Counted from the first letter of the stretch, positions 38,754-53,278 are shown. The stretch is DNA of 64,000 nucleotides from Camelus ferus (GCF_009834535.1 NC_045697.1:68884001-68948000), one strand, 5' to 3'. Notes: generated by a model not told the origin, from the letters alone. A program made the numbers and translations.

Positions 38754-39204
38754 CTAGTGAAGAACACGAAAATATGGCAATGAGAAACTATGGTACATTT
38801 TAACATTTTTGTGAGTTAAAAGCTACCTTCTTACTGATATAACATCTGGAGTTTAATTTATTTCTTAATGGAGTGAAGAAAATGTAGATGAATTAAGATC
38901 TTATACCTATCAAAACATAAAATATATACTTTTAGTGAAATCATCTATATATTAATACAGTAATATATTATGTACTTTACTAAGCCAGATAGACTTTTCA
39001 AAGGAAATCATCTCAATATGAGATTCTACGTGATAGTGTATGGACAATCTTCCCATTTAAAATATTCTGCAAGTTAAGATAATAGATAAAAACAATATGA
39101 TCTAATATGGTTTCTATTACATAACAAAATTGCACAAATTGACAAAGTTATCCAACATATATAGTCAATTATTTCAACAATATCATTATGTACCTTAAGA
39201 AAAA

Positions 39205-39268
39205 TCTTTTTTTTTAAGTAATTTCTTTTTTTGGAGGGTGGGGAGTAATTAGGCTTATTTATTTTTTA
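39205..39268 (-). mobile_element. 5'-truncated tail of the same vic-1-like SINE
   Basis: ttttttggagggtggggagtaattaggcttatttatt resembles the tail of the SINE at 24966-25124. Confidence 0.55.
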
Positions 39269-39639
39269 AGAAAAAATTTCTTAGATTCAAGTGGCATATA
39301 AATGCACTTTAACTTATAATGTTAAACTTACTATATTATAAACTTGTAATAATAAGTTTACTTATTATAAATGTATATTCAACCTATTAATATTAGTATA
39401 TATGGAACTATATGTAAATTATGAAATCTTATGAATTATATCATTGTATAATCTATTTTTAACTTTTTATTTAGAATTAATTTCAAATTTGGAATATTCA
39501 AATATATGAATAAAAATAATACAGAAAATACCTGTGTAACATTTACCCAGATTCACCTACTGTTAACATGTTATGCCATTCATTTGTTTCATTTGCCCAA
39601 TCTATTTCTGTCTTTCTCTCTGTTTGTATGTCCATTCCA

Positions 39640-39652
39640 CCCTCTCTCTCTT

Positions 39653-39688
<36 letters not shown>
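39640..39688. repeat. (CT)n-(CA)n microsatellite within an old minus-strand L1 3'UTR fragment (about 39465-40000)
   Basis: cctctctctctttctacacacacac... is directly visible. Confidence 0.92.
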
Positions 39689-39690
<2 letters not shown>

Positions 39691-41579
39691 GGCATATCCA
39701 GAGAACCATTTAATGGAAAGTTACATATATCTTGGCCTTTTAACCCTAAATACTTTAGTGTGTATTGACTAAAAATAGGCATATTTTCTTACATATCCAG
39801 TTACCAACTTTATTAAATATCTCAATGACATAAGACTTTTGTCTAATCTACCATTCATACTGCAAATCTGTCAGTTGATCTAATTATACCTCTATGGCAT
39901 TTTCCCTCCAGTACATAATCTAGTCTGGGCTCAGATATTGCTTTTAGGCCCCTTTCATGTAGGAACACTTCCAAAGTCTTCCTAAACGCTATCTTATTAT
40001 TTAAATGCTGAGTACAATATTTTTTAAATGGTAATACTCAACCCTGGCTGCACACAGAATTACTTGAGGAGTTAAAAAAAAAAAAAATACTGATGCCTGG
40101 GTCCTCATCTGGACCAGTTGAATCAATCTCTGGGAGAGAGGGGAGAAAGCATCTGGGCATCAGAATGCATTAAAATTCTCCACATGTTTCTAATATGCAG
40201 CAAGAGACAAGAATCATTATTATAAAGTCTTATGTTTTAAAAATTAATACTTGAAGACAAGAGAATTCAATGGACTTAGAGAAAATACCAGACAACTCTT
40301 TAAATCAATGATTAAAATAAGTATCCCAGAAACATATCTTTATTCCTATAAACCAAAAACAGGTGTTCTAAGCCCACCTTGTTAATTGAATTATTGCTTT
40401 TTCGATCATAATCATTAATATATCTGTTTGTATTCCACTAAACACTTAACATTCCCCCAGCAGGCAGTCCTGTTGGCTTTTACTTCTCCATATCTTTCAC
40501 CCCAGAACCATTATTCTTTTCCTCATCATCCCCTTAAGCAAAATTGATATCATATTGTTTTTCATTTCTGAAAATATATTTAAAAATATTATCATTGGTA
40601 ACAAGTGATGTCAAATTAGACTATGTATCAGATAAACAGGAAGAGCATAAAAACTAACAGTTCTAGCTGTGAAAAATGGTATCTTTAAAAATCAAGGGCA
40701 CACACACATACAATATCCCATTCCCACACATCCATTTTGTGCAGTACCTTAAGTACCATCAAGTTGCTCAAGGCAGAAACCTAGTATTGATTTTGATTCT
40801 TCCTAGTCCCTTACCACATCTATCCCATTAAAAAGTCGTGTTAATTATGTCTCCAAAATATACCTGCAATCTATCTGTCTCCAAGGAGGTACCTCTTAGG
40901 TACAATGAAACCAAAGTAGTCAACCTGTAGTCATCTGAAGGTTAATAACCTTCCCAAGTTAAATAAGATAATCAGAGCTCTACATAGTACAACTGGATGA
41001 ATATCACAACTAGTTGATCTGGAGACTGCCACATTATAAAGGTTTGCTAGGATTATAATGTTCCTGCCTTAGAAACATCTTCGATACCTTCAAGACCTCT
41101 AAATACAGACCTTGGAAATGTGAAATGTTTACTGTGAAATAGACTCTCATACTAATAATGGCAGTTTTAGATATGACCTATAGCCAGGCTCCAGAGAGCC
41201 TTCAGAACCTTCTCTGAAAGATATGCATGTCCTCACAGATTACACGTTAACACTTCATACATTCATTAGCAAAGCATATTTTAAGACCTAGACGAAAATC
41301 TCTTATAAGCTAAACTGAACATTTACATATGCAAATTTGCTTATTAAAAATATTTAATAGACCATTTCAATTTGAATATGCAAATTATCGTTAATATTAT
41401 AACCTTATTTCATTTCATTTTACCCACATTTTTGGCAATATGATTTGCCCAGGCCATGTCTGTTCCCAATTTGCTTAAATACCACTTTTTAAAAATAATC
41501 TCCCTAACACCACTGGATTTGTTGCTGGGGTCAAATTATACCTATTATACCTATATATGAAATGACTATAGAATATTAC

Positions 41580-41687
41580 CTGGGATTGAGAAAGAAACGC
41601 AGGTGATGTATCATTTACATTTGATGTCATACTTTTAGTCTTCTGAAACTGACTTTTAATGTCATATTTCCCAGGCCCTGGTACTCC
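41580..41687 (-). CDS. STPG2: STPG2 internal coding exon (108 bp, phase 0-0): GVPGPGKYDIKSQFQKTKSMTSNVNDTSPAFLSQSQ
   Basis: Minus strand reads polypyrimidine tract + tttag|GGAGTACCAGGGCCTGGGAAATAT...TCCCAG|gtaata. It has 36 open codons and a PGPGxY (SHIPPO-type) repeat, and joins in frame to the next exon. Confidence 0.9.
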
Positions 41688-42379
41688 CTAAATCACAAAA
41701 AGAAAAAAATACATGCTCTCATTAAGAAAGCATCTATAGCACCTAAGGGAACAGTTGGCTAAATATCTGAACCAAAGTTACAGGGCTTTTAAGTGATGTT
41801 ACCAAAATACTTCATTAAAATGCAAGCCAGAACAAACTTAAGAGAAGGGGGAAAAAAGGATATTTCCCTCAGGAAAGCCTCCCAGAAAAACCTGAAACTA
41901 CACTACTTGAAACTTTGCTGCCATCTACTGAGAGAGCTCAGAAAAAATCATCTCGCTCTTCACATGATTAAACGTAACTGACTAGAAAAAGTTTCCCTAT
42001 TTCTTCCATTTAAACCAGCTCCTCTCTAAAAAAATGTTTTACTGCTTTTTCAAACTTCTATTAATCAGTAAATTGCTTTGTTTCCAACAAATAAGCCTCA
42101 GGATACATACTAACTATAAATGTTAGAAGCTATAAGACTTTAAGCTTTAACCAGATACTTTATAACTGACAAAAATTAATACAGTAAATATTAGGATTGA
42201 GTTTTTGTTATCTTGCTAATAAATTGTAAATATATCAAGAAGTACTATTTATTCATCATCAAATATTTTAATTACCTTGATAAAGTACCTTTCATAGTAT
42301 AAAAGTTAGATATAAATTTTCTGCTTCATATATACCTCCCCTACTTTTTCATAGTAGAAAGAATTATTCTTTGATTTAT

Positions 42380-43140
42380 GAATACTTGGCTTATATATAA
42401 CTTGGACATATAATAAAGTTCTATCAGCAAATCCTGTCACTTACACCATTATAGTATGTCCAAATCCAACCATGTCTCTCCACCTTCACAAATACTCTGA
42501 CCCAACCTAGTATCTCTTACCTGGATTACTGTGAAATCTCCCCTGCTTCCATCACTGCCCATCTTCAGTCTATTTCCACCACAGAAGCTAATGATGAATC
42601 CAGTTAAGACCCTTAGTCAGACTGCACCACTCCCCTTCTCAAACCCATCCAATGGCTTCTAACTTCACTTTGAGCAAAAACCCAAGGTCCTTAATATGAA
42701 CTGAATTTCAACCCTAGATACACTACTACCACTCTAACCTCCTCTCATACTATCCTCCCTACTCCATTCACTCTGTTTTCAAAAAGATCAGTCATATATC
42801 CACCTCAGAACTTTGCACTTAATCATTCTTTTTGCTTAGAATGTTCTCCTAAATAGCTCCAAGGCTCACTCCTTCAGTTCAATCAGGTCACTACTCAATG
42901 TTACCTTCTTAATTAGTCATCTTCAGGCCACCCAATCTAAAATTTGAATGCCTCCCCCAAACAACTCCTGTCACCTCTTCTACTTATCTTTTTAACCTTA
43001 TAATTTTCCGCTATGTTGTAAGCTCCAAGAGGGCAGGGGGTTTTTTTTGTTTTGTTTACTGTTATGTCTTTAGAGTGTAGAAGAGTATAGTAGGTGCTCA
43101 GTAAATATTTGCCAGATGAATGGATGAATGGATGAATGCA
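42380..43140 (+). mobile_element. L2 LINE 3' fragment; others at about 12200-12660, 13440-13540 and 47690-47930
   Basis: Contains tgtaagctccaagagggcagg...tagtaggtgctcagtaaatatttg..gatgaatggatgaatg, the L2 3' end. Confidence 0.75.
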
Positions 43141-45869
43141 TGCACTGAACCTTACATTTCACTGACTATATAATGAATTTGGAGATGTGTTCTTCTGGGA
43201 ACCAATGTGCCTCCAAATAAGAGCATCAGCCATTTCTAATTATATAAAACTACAGTAAAAATAATTTGAAAAATTCTTTAGAAGAAATTCTTATACAAAA
43301 ATACCTCTTCTTATAAATGAATTAGATTCTAAAAATTTACACAAAGGTCCATGTTATCTTGTCTCAGATGAACAAACCTATGCAATTATTTGGTGGCTGG
43401 TAGAAAAAATTCACTTTGGTCATGGCATGTAAGATTGTTTTTACATACGAACTTGTAGAAAATTACATTTAGAAGAAGAAAACTGTGTAATTCTGTCTTT
43501 ATATAAACCTACGAAATATTCATCAATACAGAAATGAGGAGAAATATTCAAATACATGATATTAATCGGTTTTCTTAAACTTTACAGATATGCTATATCC
43601 ATCTTGTCTCTGTATAGGCGGGTATGTTTAAAAAATAATCAGCTGGGATTACTTTCCGACTGTTTTCAATAGTTGGTTAAATGGTCATTACTGGGGAACA
43701 GAGGGAAAAGGCTACATATGAATAATCAGATAAGTGAATATACTTAGTCTTGGGAACTGTTTTGCATAAAAGGAGAAATGAAATCTTGACCCCTTCAATG
43801 AATACTTCCTTTTCCTTTTCTTCTGCTTTTTCATAAAGTTCATAATATTATTGAACTTTGCTTCACTAAAATATTATGGAGCAGCAAAATGAATTCCTTA
43901 CTTCTGAAAACTTAGACTTACGATTTAATAAGTCAATTAAAAATAAGCTCCAAAATAGGAATGTGAGACACTGACCAGTGAACAGCAGGTCTCCGTTCAT
44001 GACCATAGAAAGAAGGCAAAAAGGCTTTGCCAACACAGAACCCCAGGCACAGGCTGAAAATGCTGTTATGCTTAGCTTGCTTTTCCAAACTGTGATCAAC
44101 AGAGCACCTGCATTGGTAACAACCTATTAAATACATGGCCCCCACAGTGTCTCATCTGAGATCTGGTGAGTCAGAACCTTGTTGGGTCCAGGAATATACA
44201 CTTTTAGCAAGTCTCACAGATGATTTTAATGTACAATAAAGAACTACAGCTCAGCCCAAAAGGGGTCACTACTACAGCTTATTCTGTTAAGCAATCCATC
44301 GTAAAGTAGAAGACCCAGATCTTGAAAGTATCTTGCCTTGGGAACAGAAATTACAGACTACTGAGGCAGGCTGTTGATGGCATTTTTCATGTTTAATCTA
44401 ATTTTAAAATGGGCTTCTTTCTTTAAAAACTATGGTATAATCATTCATTTGATGAGATGGCACGTAGGAATTAGGAGGGCTGAGGAAAAGCCATACAGGT
44501 TTACTCTTCCTCCCCTAACGTGGAGCCATCATCAGTGATGATTACTATTTCCAATGAAAATACTAAAAGTTTACTATGTGCAAAGCACTGTTCACAGTAA
44601 TAAATAAAGCGTGGGCTCTGCTTTTGAGAAACTCACACTAGATTAGTGGTTCTCAGCCCAAGCTGCACGAGAGAATTATAGGGGGAACTTTTAAAACAGC
44701 AATGCCTCATTCTACCTCATTCAAATTAAAGCCAATGGAAATGAGATCCAGGTATTATTAAAATTTCAAAAATGTTTAAAAGCTTTCTGGTTAATGCTAA
44801 TGTGCAGTCAGGACTGAAGCTTAGAACAGTTTAAAACTCATATTGCTAGGCCTCATCCAGGTAGTCGCTTTCCATTGGTTCTGTAACTGCCATTGTTTCC
44901 AGAGTTTCAATCTCCCTCATATAAATAAGAACTATTGTGAGACCAGGCTGCCAGGTACTCCTTTCAGCTCATACTCTATAATTTTTAATTCTGTAATCAT
45001 ATTTTTAATTTTCAAATTAGCTTTCTTATTCTCTAACTCTTCTTTATTCACACATGCATTATCCCTCATCCTTCTGTGAACATTAATAATAATAACTTTA
45101 ATTATTTATCACTTTGTTCTATTATCTGTTGCCTTGAAGTTTCATTGATGTTGGCTTTTGCTTTGTTTTTGTGTTTCATTTTGGAGGCTTTCCTCAAGTA
45201 TCTGGTGATTACTTGCTCCTCATTCACATGTAAGGGTGAGTCAATAAAAACTGTGATTGAAAATTCCACACAAGAATAGATGTGATCTGAAGTCTACTGG
45301 ACTTCATTATGCTGTGATGGAATCACAATCCAGCAGGCTCCCAAATGTCATTCTTTCCTAAATGTCATTCTTTCCACAAAATGAGTGGGAAAGGTGCCTG
45401 GAATTCTCTCCCCATTCTGTGTATAAACTTTTACTTGAAATCTCCATTTTCTTCTTGCCTTACTTTTAATTATGAAAAATTTAAAACACACAAAAAATAG
45501 AGTATAGTGTAAGAAATTCCCATATACACATCACCCAGGGTCAATAATCTTCAATTCATGTCTGTACGTTTTCTCTAATCCTACCAACTTCCCCAGTTTC
45601 TCACTCCAGTGAGGTAGTGGCAAATCCAAAATAATCATGTAATTTCATCAATGAATATTCTAAAATATAAGGGACTCTTTTTTAACGTAATCACGAAACC
45701 ATGATCTTATCTTTAAAAAATCAACAATTATTTGATTCCTTAACTATTCAGAGTTCAAATTTTTGTGACTGCCTCATAAATTTATGTGTACATTAAATAT
45801 ACATATTAAATATACAAATAACTTTTATACATTTGTGTGTTTTAATCAGGACCCAATTAAAATCCATAC

Positions 45870-46216
45870 TTATAAATGGTCAATACCCCAGTACCTCAGA
45901 ATGTAACTGGACCTGGAGATAAGGTATTTAAAGAGGTAATTAATGTAAAATAAGGTCTTCAGGGTGAGCCTTAATCCAGTATGACTGGTATCTTTAATAA
46001 GAAGAGGAAATTTGGACACAGATGTGAGCATGAACAGAGGAAAGGCTGGAAGAAGACAGCCATTTACAAATCAAAGAGAGATGCCTCAGAAAAAAAGTCA
46101 CTGCCAACACCTTGATCTCAGACTTCCAGCCTCCGGAACTGTGAGAAAATAAATTTATTTTGTTTAAGCCACTCAGTCTGTGGTACTTAGTTATGACAGT
46201 CCTAACAAACTAATAG
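45870..46216 (+). mobile_element. MaLR LTR (MLT1B-like)
   Basis: Contains ccccagtacctcagaatgtaact...tttaaagaggtaatt...acaccttgatctcagacttccagcctccggaactgtgagaaaataaat...acaaactaata. Confidence 0.85.
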
Positions 46217-46769
46217 AGGGAGGAAGCTAAAATACAAGCATGGATTCAATCCATCTTGTTCAACCAGAAGCTCTTCTATCACTTTCTATGAAAACTACAA
46301 ACTATAAAGAGTTGTATGAAGCTAGGAACGTAGCAGAAAAATACACCAGTGAAGGCTAAGAGCCGTGGTGGTAGTAATTTTGAGAAGGAAAAAAAATCAG
46401 TTTTACCACACTTTTAACACATAATAGCTCAATAATATTAATTGAGTAGATGGGACTATAAAGACAGACTAATGAATACCATCCATAGCTCTTGACTTTT
46501 CTGCATCTCTCTCTCAAATACAGAAGATACGTTTCAAGACCTGATATTTGTACAGAACGGAATAGTATGCATCTAGGACCTAAAAGTATGCCATTGACTT
46601 GAAGGTAAGGCCCAGCCAGCTTCCAGTCATTACAGCCAATCCAGCGGCGGTGCCACACATATGAATGAAAGCATCCATCTTGGATACTCTGGAATGCAGC
46701 CAGATGAGTGATCCCAGCTGATACCACATGCATGAGAAAAAGTATTCAAATGAGTCCAGGGAACCCAGA

Positions 46770-47342
46770 GAGTCACTGTACTGTGAAGGCAAATTCCAGC
46801 AGGCCTGGAATCAGTGTGAGCTGTTCCGCCACAGTATCTACAAGGCACTGGTCAAGATAAGAAACTACTGATTAAGAGTCTTGCTTTGCAATTATGGAAC
46901 TCCCACGAGTTTCAGAGTGGTTTGTATGGGCCTGCTAGCATTGTTCACTGATGATAGTGAGACCGATGGCCTGCACCTGGCCTCAGGGAGACTCCTGGAG
47001 GGTTCTACAGTTTGTGCTGGTTATATAACAGAATATGCCTATGTCACCAGCAGAGTGTAAGAACCCCTGATAAAACCCCACTTTGAGCTCCCAGATTCTG
47101 AGATGTCTGTGCATGTGTCAGTGGTTCCAGATCCAAGACAGAAAGCATGTCCTGGTGTGGCCTTAGGGAGGGAAGACAAAGCTCACTGCCGGCCTCTCTG
47201 GAACCCTTGCAGCCTTTGATTATCAAGAATACTTTAATGCTGTTGCTATTGGTATTCTTTTTCCGCAATAAATTGTAGATTTAATTAAGCATTGTCATTT
47301 TGGGCCCTGAGTCTTCTTTAGCAATCAATCCCTATTTGTCAC
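46770..47342 (+). mobile_element. ERVL-class solo LTR (MER68/MER77/MER21 group-like)
   Basis: GC-richer block with tgcctatgtcaccag...ataaaaccc, aataaa near 47267, and an end resembling ctgagtcttctttagcaatca...tgtcac. Confidence 0.55.
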
Positions 47343-49546
47343 TATAATTATGAAAAATAACAAATTGTTGTTCTTTAAAGCACTACATTTTAGGGTGATT
47401 GGCTATGCACCAATAGGTGACCAAAACAATAGCTAACATTTACTAAGTACATACCCTTTGTTAGCATTATTTTAACTCACAGGCAAGGAAACTATCACAC
47501 AAAGAAATTATTTCCAAAATCAACAAAGCTTGTAAGTAGCTGAGTCAGCTATTATTGGTTGCTAGCACAATTCTAATTTCCACCCTCCCTTTCCACAGCC
47601 ATCTGCCAGATGGGGGTGGCCTTGTGACACTGTCCTGGCTAATGAATGCAGGTTCTTGTCAGAGAAAAAAGAAAACAGAAGCCAGAGCAGAGTTGGAAGA
47701 AAGACAAATTCAATTTTGAAATATTAGTCTTGTTCCTGTAAAACATCAAGAAGGTGTCATATAGATAGTAATTCGTGGAAGACCAGAGCTCAGTGGAGAG
47801 TTCAGGGCGTAAACACACATCGGAAGTAATGCGTGCATTTGGAAATGATCAGTATATATGGGTGGTACCTGAAGCCATGAGACTAAAGGTGGTTTCTGAG
47901 AAATTGTGTAGAGAAAGAAGAGAAAGGGAATATTAGGTAATACTTATGTGATTCTTAGTATTAATTTTAATATTATATTCTTTATATTACTAATCTTTTT
48001 AAGCACATACGAAGTTATGAATCACTCTACCCTTTTAATCTAATAATTTTTAGATGATTTACTATAGTCTTCGGCTAACATCTAGACTGAATATTTTGGT
48101 AAGACTGATGATTATTCTATCTTCCAGAGCTAATTAAAATGTACTTATTCTAATTTCTAAAAATAAAATGACATCCAGCATCCTTTTTCTATTATGTCAT
48201 CTTTTAGTAAGGAGAAACAAATCTATAAGCACCTTAAAATGAAGGTTTGCAACTTAAAATATTTTAGTATGCTTATAGCAACATAACTTTTGCTATATGA
48301 TTATAACTGGCATTATCTTCTTAAAAGAAAATCAAATTTTAATTTAAAATTGAATATATTTAATAAGTATGCCCCAGATATAGTTAACTCTTTAAGCTAC
48401 TCAATCATAATGATTGATTGGACAGAGCAATATGTAAGTTTGACTTTAGAGTATGGAAAGGAACACATGTCTATTATGTTCATTTTCATAATTGTGACAT
48501 AAATTGTGGTTCATTTAGAAAGCATAATGCTTTCTTTGTTTTGGATCTCAAGAAACAAATACACACTGTGATTTTTAAGAACTAATTAAATTTAAACAAA
48601 ACTAAATCAAATAAACATAGTAAGGAAAGCTCAAAGTGAATAAAAAAGATTTGGAAAGGAATTGTATTAATTAATAATAGTATTTTAAGTGTCACTGGCT
48701 CTTAGATACAGCACTTAGGTTATCCACCATTGATATGAGACAAATAAGTGGCAGGAAGTGCTCTGTGGAATAAATGTACTAGTTAGCTTACCATATTTTC
48801 AGTAACAGAAATAGAAAAAAGTAGCTTTTCCATGTAAATCTAGAGACATTGTATATCAGAAGAGGCAGGATTCAAATATAAACTACTAGATTTGACTGTA
48901 TATTGGAGTAGAGGGTTGTTTAACACAATTTCAACCATTCCAATATTAAACAGAGTAAAGCTGATAAAAAGCTAGTTAGATTCCTTAATACAGATGTTGA
49001 AATAACAGTTCATGTCAACACTGGTATCAGTAATTCAGTTGAGTCACAAATTTAATATAGCATATCTGATGCTACACTGCCAAGTTCTAAGCTAGAGTAG
49101 ATATGACTAAATATGGCTATCCTGAAAAACGTCACTACAATGATCAAGAATTATAAGAGTTTTGTGCTCAAAAAATTTTCACTAAGAGAAAATGTATACA
49201 AATAGTTTATATAGTTTCCATGTAATTACTATGTCCTACATGGTAGATTATCTAGTAGCAGTCAAGATTTATAATGCCTATTTTGGTAAATTCATGCTAT
49301 GTAAATGTTCAGAGTTCATTAACATTTATTACTGTACAATGCAACATGAATTTCAGCATAGAGTTACTTAATATGAGTCTATTCTTCCCGCTCCTTAAAA
49401 ATCCAAATTCCTCTTTTTAAAGAAACAATTAACACTTAGTGAATAATACACAGGCTGTTAAACACATCCAAATGAAATAATGTTAAGGATTATAAATCTT
49501 ACATGAAGCTTAAGGACCTACATAAGATTAATTGTTACTATACTCA

Positions 49547-49850
49547 CAAGGATGGAGAATTCAAATGCCTACTGGGGCAAGGAAGGCAAAGAAGTGTTGA
49601 ATGGGAAATGGTGGACTGGAGATCACTCACCCTCACCCCTGGGTTTACTTTACTCCTGCCCCAATTGACTGTTGTTAGTTTGGGGTTTTTGTCTCTTTCA
49701 TTTTAAGAAAAGCTGAAAATCTAGACTTACATATGAAATCCTACAAGTTACTGATATTGGTAACTAATTCAATTTTTTATAATTATGAATTGGCCACAAT
49801 CCACTTGTTGATTAAAATCAGCCCATAAGGAACTAGATTCCACACTCTGC
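49547..49850 (-). mobile_element. hAT-Charlie MITE (MER102-like)
   Basis: aattcaaatgcctactggggc and gaaaagctgaaaatctagacttacatatgaaatc...ttggtaactaattc match the reverse complement of the recalled MER102. Confidence 0.6.
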
Positions 49851-51269
49851 TCTTAGTTTATCTATATCTTAGTCTAAGTATAAATATATTAATATCTCCC
49901 TATATAAATTTCTGCGTACACCTCCATATCTTGCAAAATCAAAGTCCAAAAGAAGTTTGATAAATGAGTTGGAATTTCCCATGCCTAGTTGTAGTACCAT
50001 CATGATGAAATCATAATTTTCATAATTACAAGTGATTAGCAGAGACGTGATCTTTACACAGACTGATAGTTCTGAAACTAGAATTGCTTAGGTCTGAAGG
50101 AATCTCTGAAATGCTGTGTAGGAAAGAGCAATTACTCATCTTTAGCTAGAATCTGTAATTACTGAAGAGCACTGAAACAAACAAAACATTTAATATTCAA
50201 GTTGAAGGAGATTCCTTATCAATAGCTTCAACAGTAGTGTTTCTTAAAGTTTGGCATCTACACACCCCTTAATGGGTAATCTGTGTACATGAATATCATC
50301 AGTTTTAGGTAATTTTTAATGTGTCTTTTAATTTTCTTAACAACAAAAAAAAACATTATTTTTTAAAATTAGCACATAAAAAGTTTTATTTCAATGAGAA
50401 GGATAATTTTATTTGCAGTCTTTCACCAAGATAGCTTTATGCAGCTCAATGGTAGATAGCTTAATTTGTAATTTGTTATATTTGCAATTGATTTCTCATG
50501 CTGTCTTCTACTAAATTGGAAATTTTAAATTCAAATAGATCATTGTAAATGGCACCAGTGTTTAGTGGCTGCCAGATGAGTCTAGATTTTCATATTAACA
50601 CAAGTGGTCCAGAATTTATGGAGAGATGACTCACTGAAGACTATTTTTAGGACTCGAATAGATGGTAAGTTCTAACATTTTACAGCCAAAAGCTGGAAGG
50701 TTGGATGTTTCAACTTGGAAGACAACAGTAAGCATATTTCTAATCCACTCTTGTTTTCAGCCCTCGAAATTATTTCTTCATGCTCTGTTGCAGCATTTGG
50801 ATGTAGTTTATATATTAGCTAAATAATGTATCATCAGTTTCTTTCTCCAGACTAAAAAAAAGACATTGAACTGGGAAAAGATCCAAATGTCAGTCTCAAG
50901 CTATTTGTATTTCAGTTTCATTGTCTTTAAAAATCCTGAGAAAATATTCTCAACATTAAAAAGCACAATATTTTGGCTTGAAAACAATGAGTTTAGACCA
51001 CTCGAGATACTAAGATATGCCACTTGAAAAGACCACATGAAATCATAATGGTCTTTACTGGCAGTAAATTTATATTTTATTTCAGTAGCTCATATGATCA
51101 TCTGTCCCTTATCAGCATTCTTACTCTCGTGTGATCAAACAGTTATTTCCATTACTCATTTCTTCATTATCCATACTTAAAGCACACATACACACTGATT
51201 GCAAATTTGAATATATTCATACTTTTCACTTTTTAATTCAAATCCAATTTAAAATCGGAAAGCATACAA

Positions 51270-53278
51270 TTGGTTACCAACTGTTTTTCATGAACACACA
51301 GAGTATGGATTGCCACTCAGGTGGAATCTCTTTTACTTACATAATACTCTCCCACACTGTGAATATGGAAGGTGCTGTGCATCCCATCCCAACAGCTCCA
51401 AGAGTCTCAATTCAATATAGCAGCAACTCCAAGTGTGAAATCTCATCTAAATCTCAACTCAAAAGTCCCAAGCTGCATCATCTAAGTCATATAAATCAGG
51501 TATGACTGAGACTCTGGGTATGTTCCCTCTGGAACAAAATTTCTCTCCACCTATGCACCTGTAAAACTAGAAAACAAGTTATCAGCTCCCCAAACACAAT
51601 GGAGGGACAATTATAGGACACCAAACATAGACATTCCCATTCAGAAAGGGAGAAAATAGAAGGAAAATATGAGTCAGCCATCCCAAGCAATTTCAAAATC
51701 CTGTCAGGCAACTTCAGTTAGCTCTCAAACCCTGAAAATAATCCTCTGTGGCTCACAGCTTCATCTTCGGGAGCCCAGGCTCCACCTTAGGAGTCAATCT
51801 CCCTTCTCATAAAGGGTAGCAATGTGCTTCCAGTCTAGGAGTTTTATCAGCCTGTTTCCAACCTATAGAATCTGGTGTTCACTGTCTTCTTTCAGTTCTC
51901 CTCCTCTCTGTCCCTTTTAGTCCAAGCTGGCATTGCTTCTGCTGATGTAAAATTCTCATGAACTCTGGGGGTCTCCCCCATCGGACACAGGGATTCACTC
52001 CACAGAAGAGGGTCCTCCAAAAGTCTTTCCTAAATTATCTCAGCTCTATTTTTGGCTTCTGCTGAGATGGCTGAAGGGACCCATGTGTCACACAACTACT
52101 CTCTTCAAAGAGCCCTCTGTGTAACTAAATACTCAGATCCTTCTAAGCAAAAGATTGCTCAGTTACCTTAGAAAATCTTAGCTTTCTCTTCAGGCATGCT
52201 GTCCTGATAGTGAACCTCCTAATTTTAGCATCTTTTTCAATCTGGATATTTCTTAAATCTTTAGTCCTGGTTCCTTTCTAGTTCTTCCCTCAATTTATCA
52301 TTTTCCTCTCACATTTCACTGTAAGCAGTAAGAAGAAACCTGAATATACCTTCAACACTTCGCCTGTAAATCTCTTCAACCAAATATCCAAGAACATCTC
52401 TTACAAATTCTACCTTCCATATAATTGAGTAGGACACAATTCAGCTAAGCTTTCTACCACTATATAACAAGGATTTGCTTTCTTATAGTTTCCAATATGT
52501 TCCACATTTTCTTCTGATCCCTCACTTGCGGTGCTTTAATGTCCATATTTCTACCAACTGTCTGTTTATGATTTAGTATTCTCTAAGATTTTTCTAGGTT
52601 TTTTCTACCATGCTTCTTATATCCTTCTGAGCCCCTTCTGAGTCATAAGATTCTTTAATACTCATATTTCTACTAACATTCTGTTCAAAGCAACCTAAGC
52701 TCTTTCTATTATGTTTCTCAAAATTCTTCCAGCCTCAATTTTTCAATCACCCAATTCCAAAGCCACTTCTACACTACTTCCACATTTTTAGGTATTTGTT
52801 TCAGCAGCACCCCAATTTCAGGTACCATAATCTACACTGGTACCTATGGTTGCTCTAAAAATTTATGACAAGCTTAGTATATAAGGTACACACACTTATT
52901 ATTTTACAATCACGGACATCAAAAGTCCTAAAATCAAGGTGTTGGCAGAGTTCCCTCTCTTCCAGAGAATCTAGGGGAGAATCTGTTTCCTTACCTTTCC
53001 AGTTATTAGAGGTTGCCTACATCTCTTGGTTCACAACCGTGTATGATTCCAACCTCTGCTTCCATCACTGCATTGCCTTCTCTGACTCTGACTCTCCTGC
53101 ATCCTTCTTAAGAACATCTGTGGTTACACTGGGTCTGCCCAAATATTCAGGTTAAATCTGCCCATCTCAAAATACTTAATTAAATCTACAAAGGCCTTTT
53201 ACCATGTGAAGTAACATTCATAGGTTCTAGAGATTAGGACATGGACACCCTTGGAGGGTTATTATTATGCCTACCATG
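51270..53278 (-). mobile_element. MaLR internal sequence plus an MLT1C-like LTR (about 52835-53278)
   Basis: Internal motif ttccaaagccactt...cacatttttaggtatttgtt..cagcacccca. LTR motif aaaatcaaggtgttggcagag...ggggagaatctgtttcctt...gattaggacatggaca. Confidence 0.8.

Noticed and set aside
42516..42523. Second CAG|GTAAG on the minus strand as a recursive splice site
   Set aside because: It has no polypyrimidine tract and lies within an L2 remnant.
50230..51050. Possible hAT transposase remnant (similar impressions at about 22010-22460 and 31445-31660)
   Set aside because: Too degenerate to support by eye; it needs a Dfam/RepeatMasker search.
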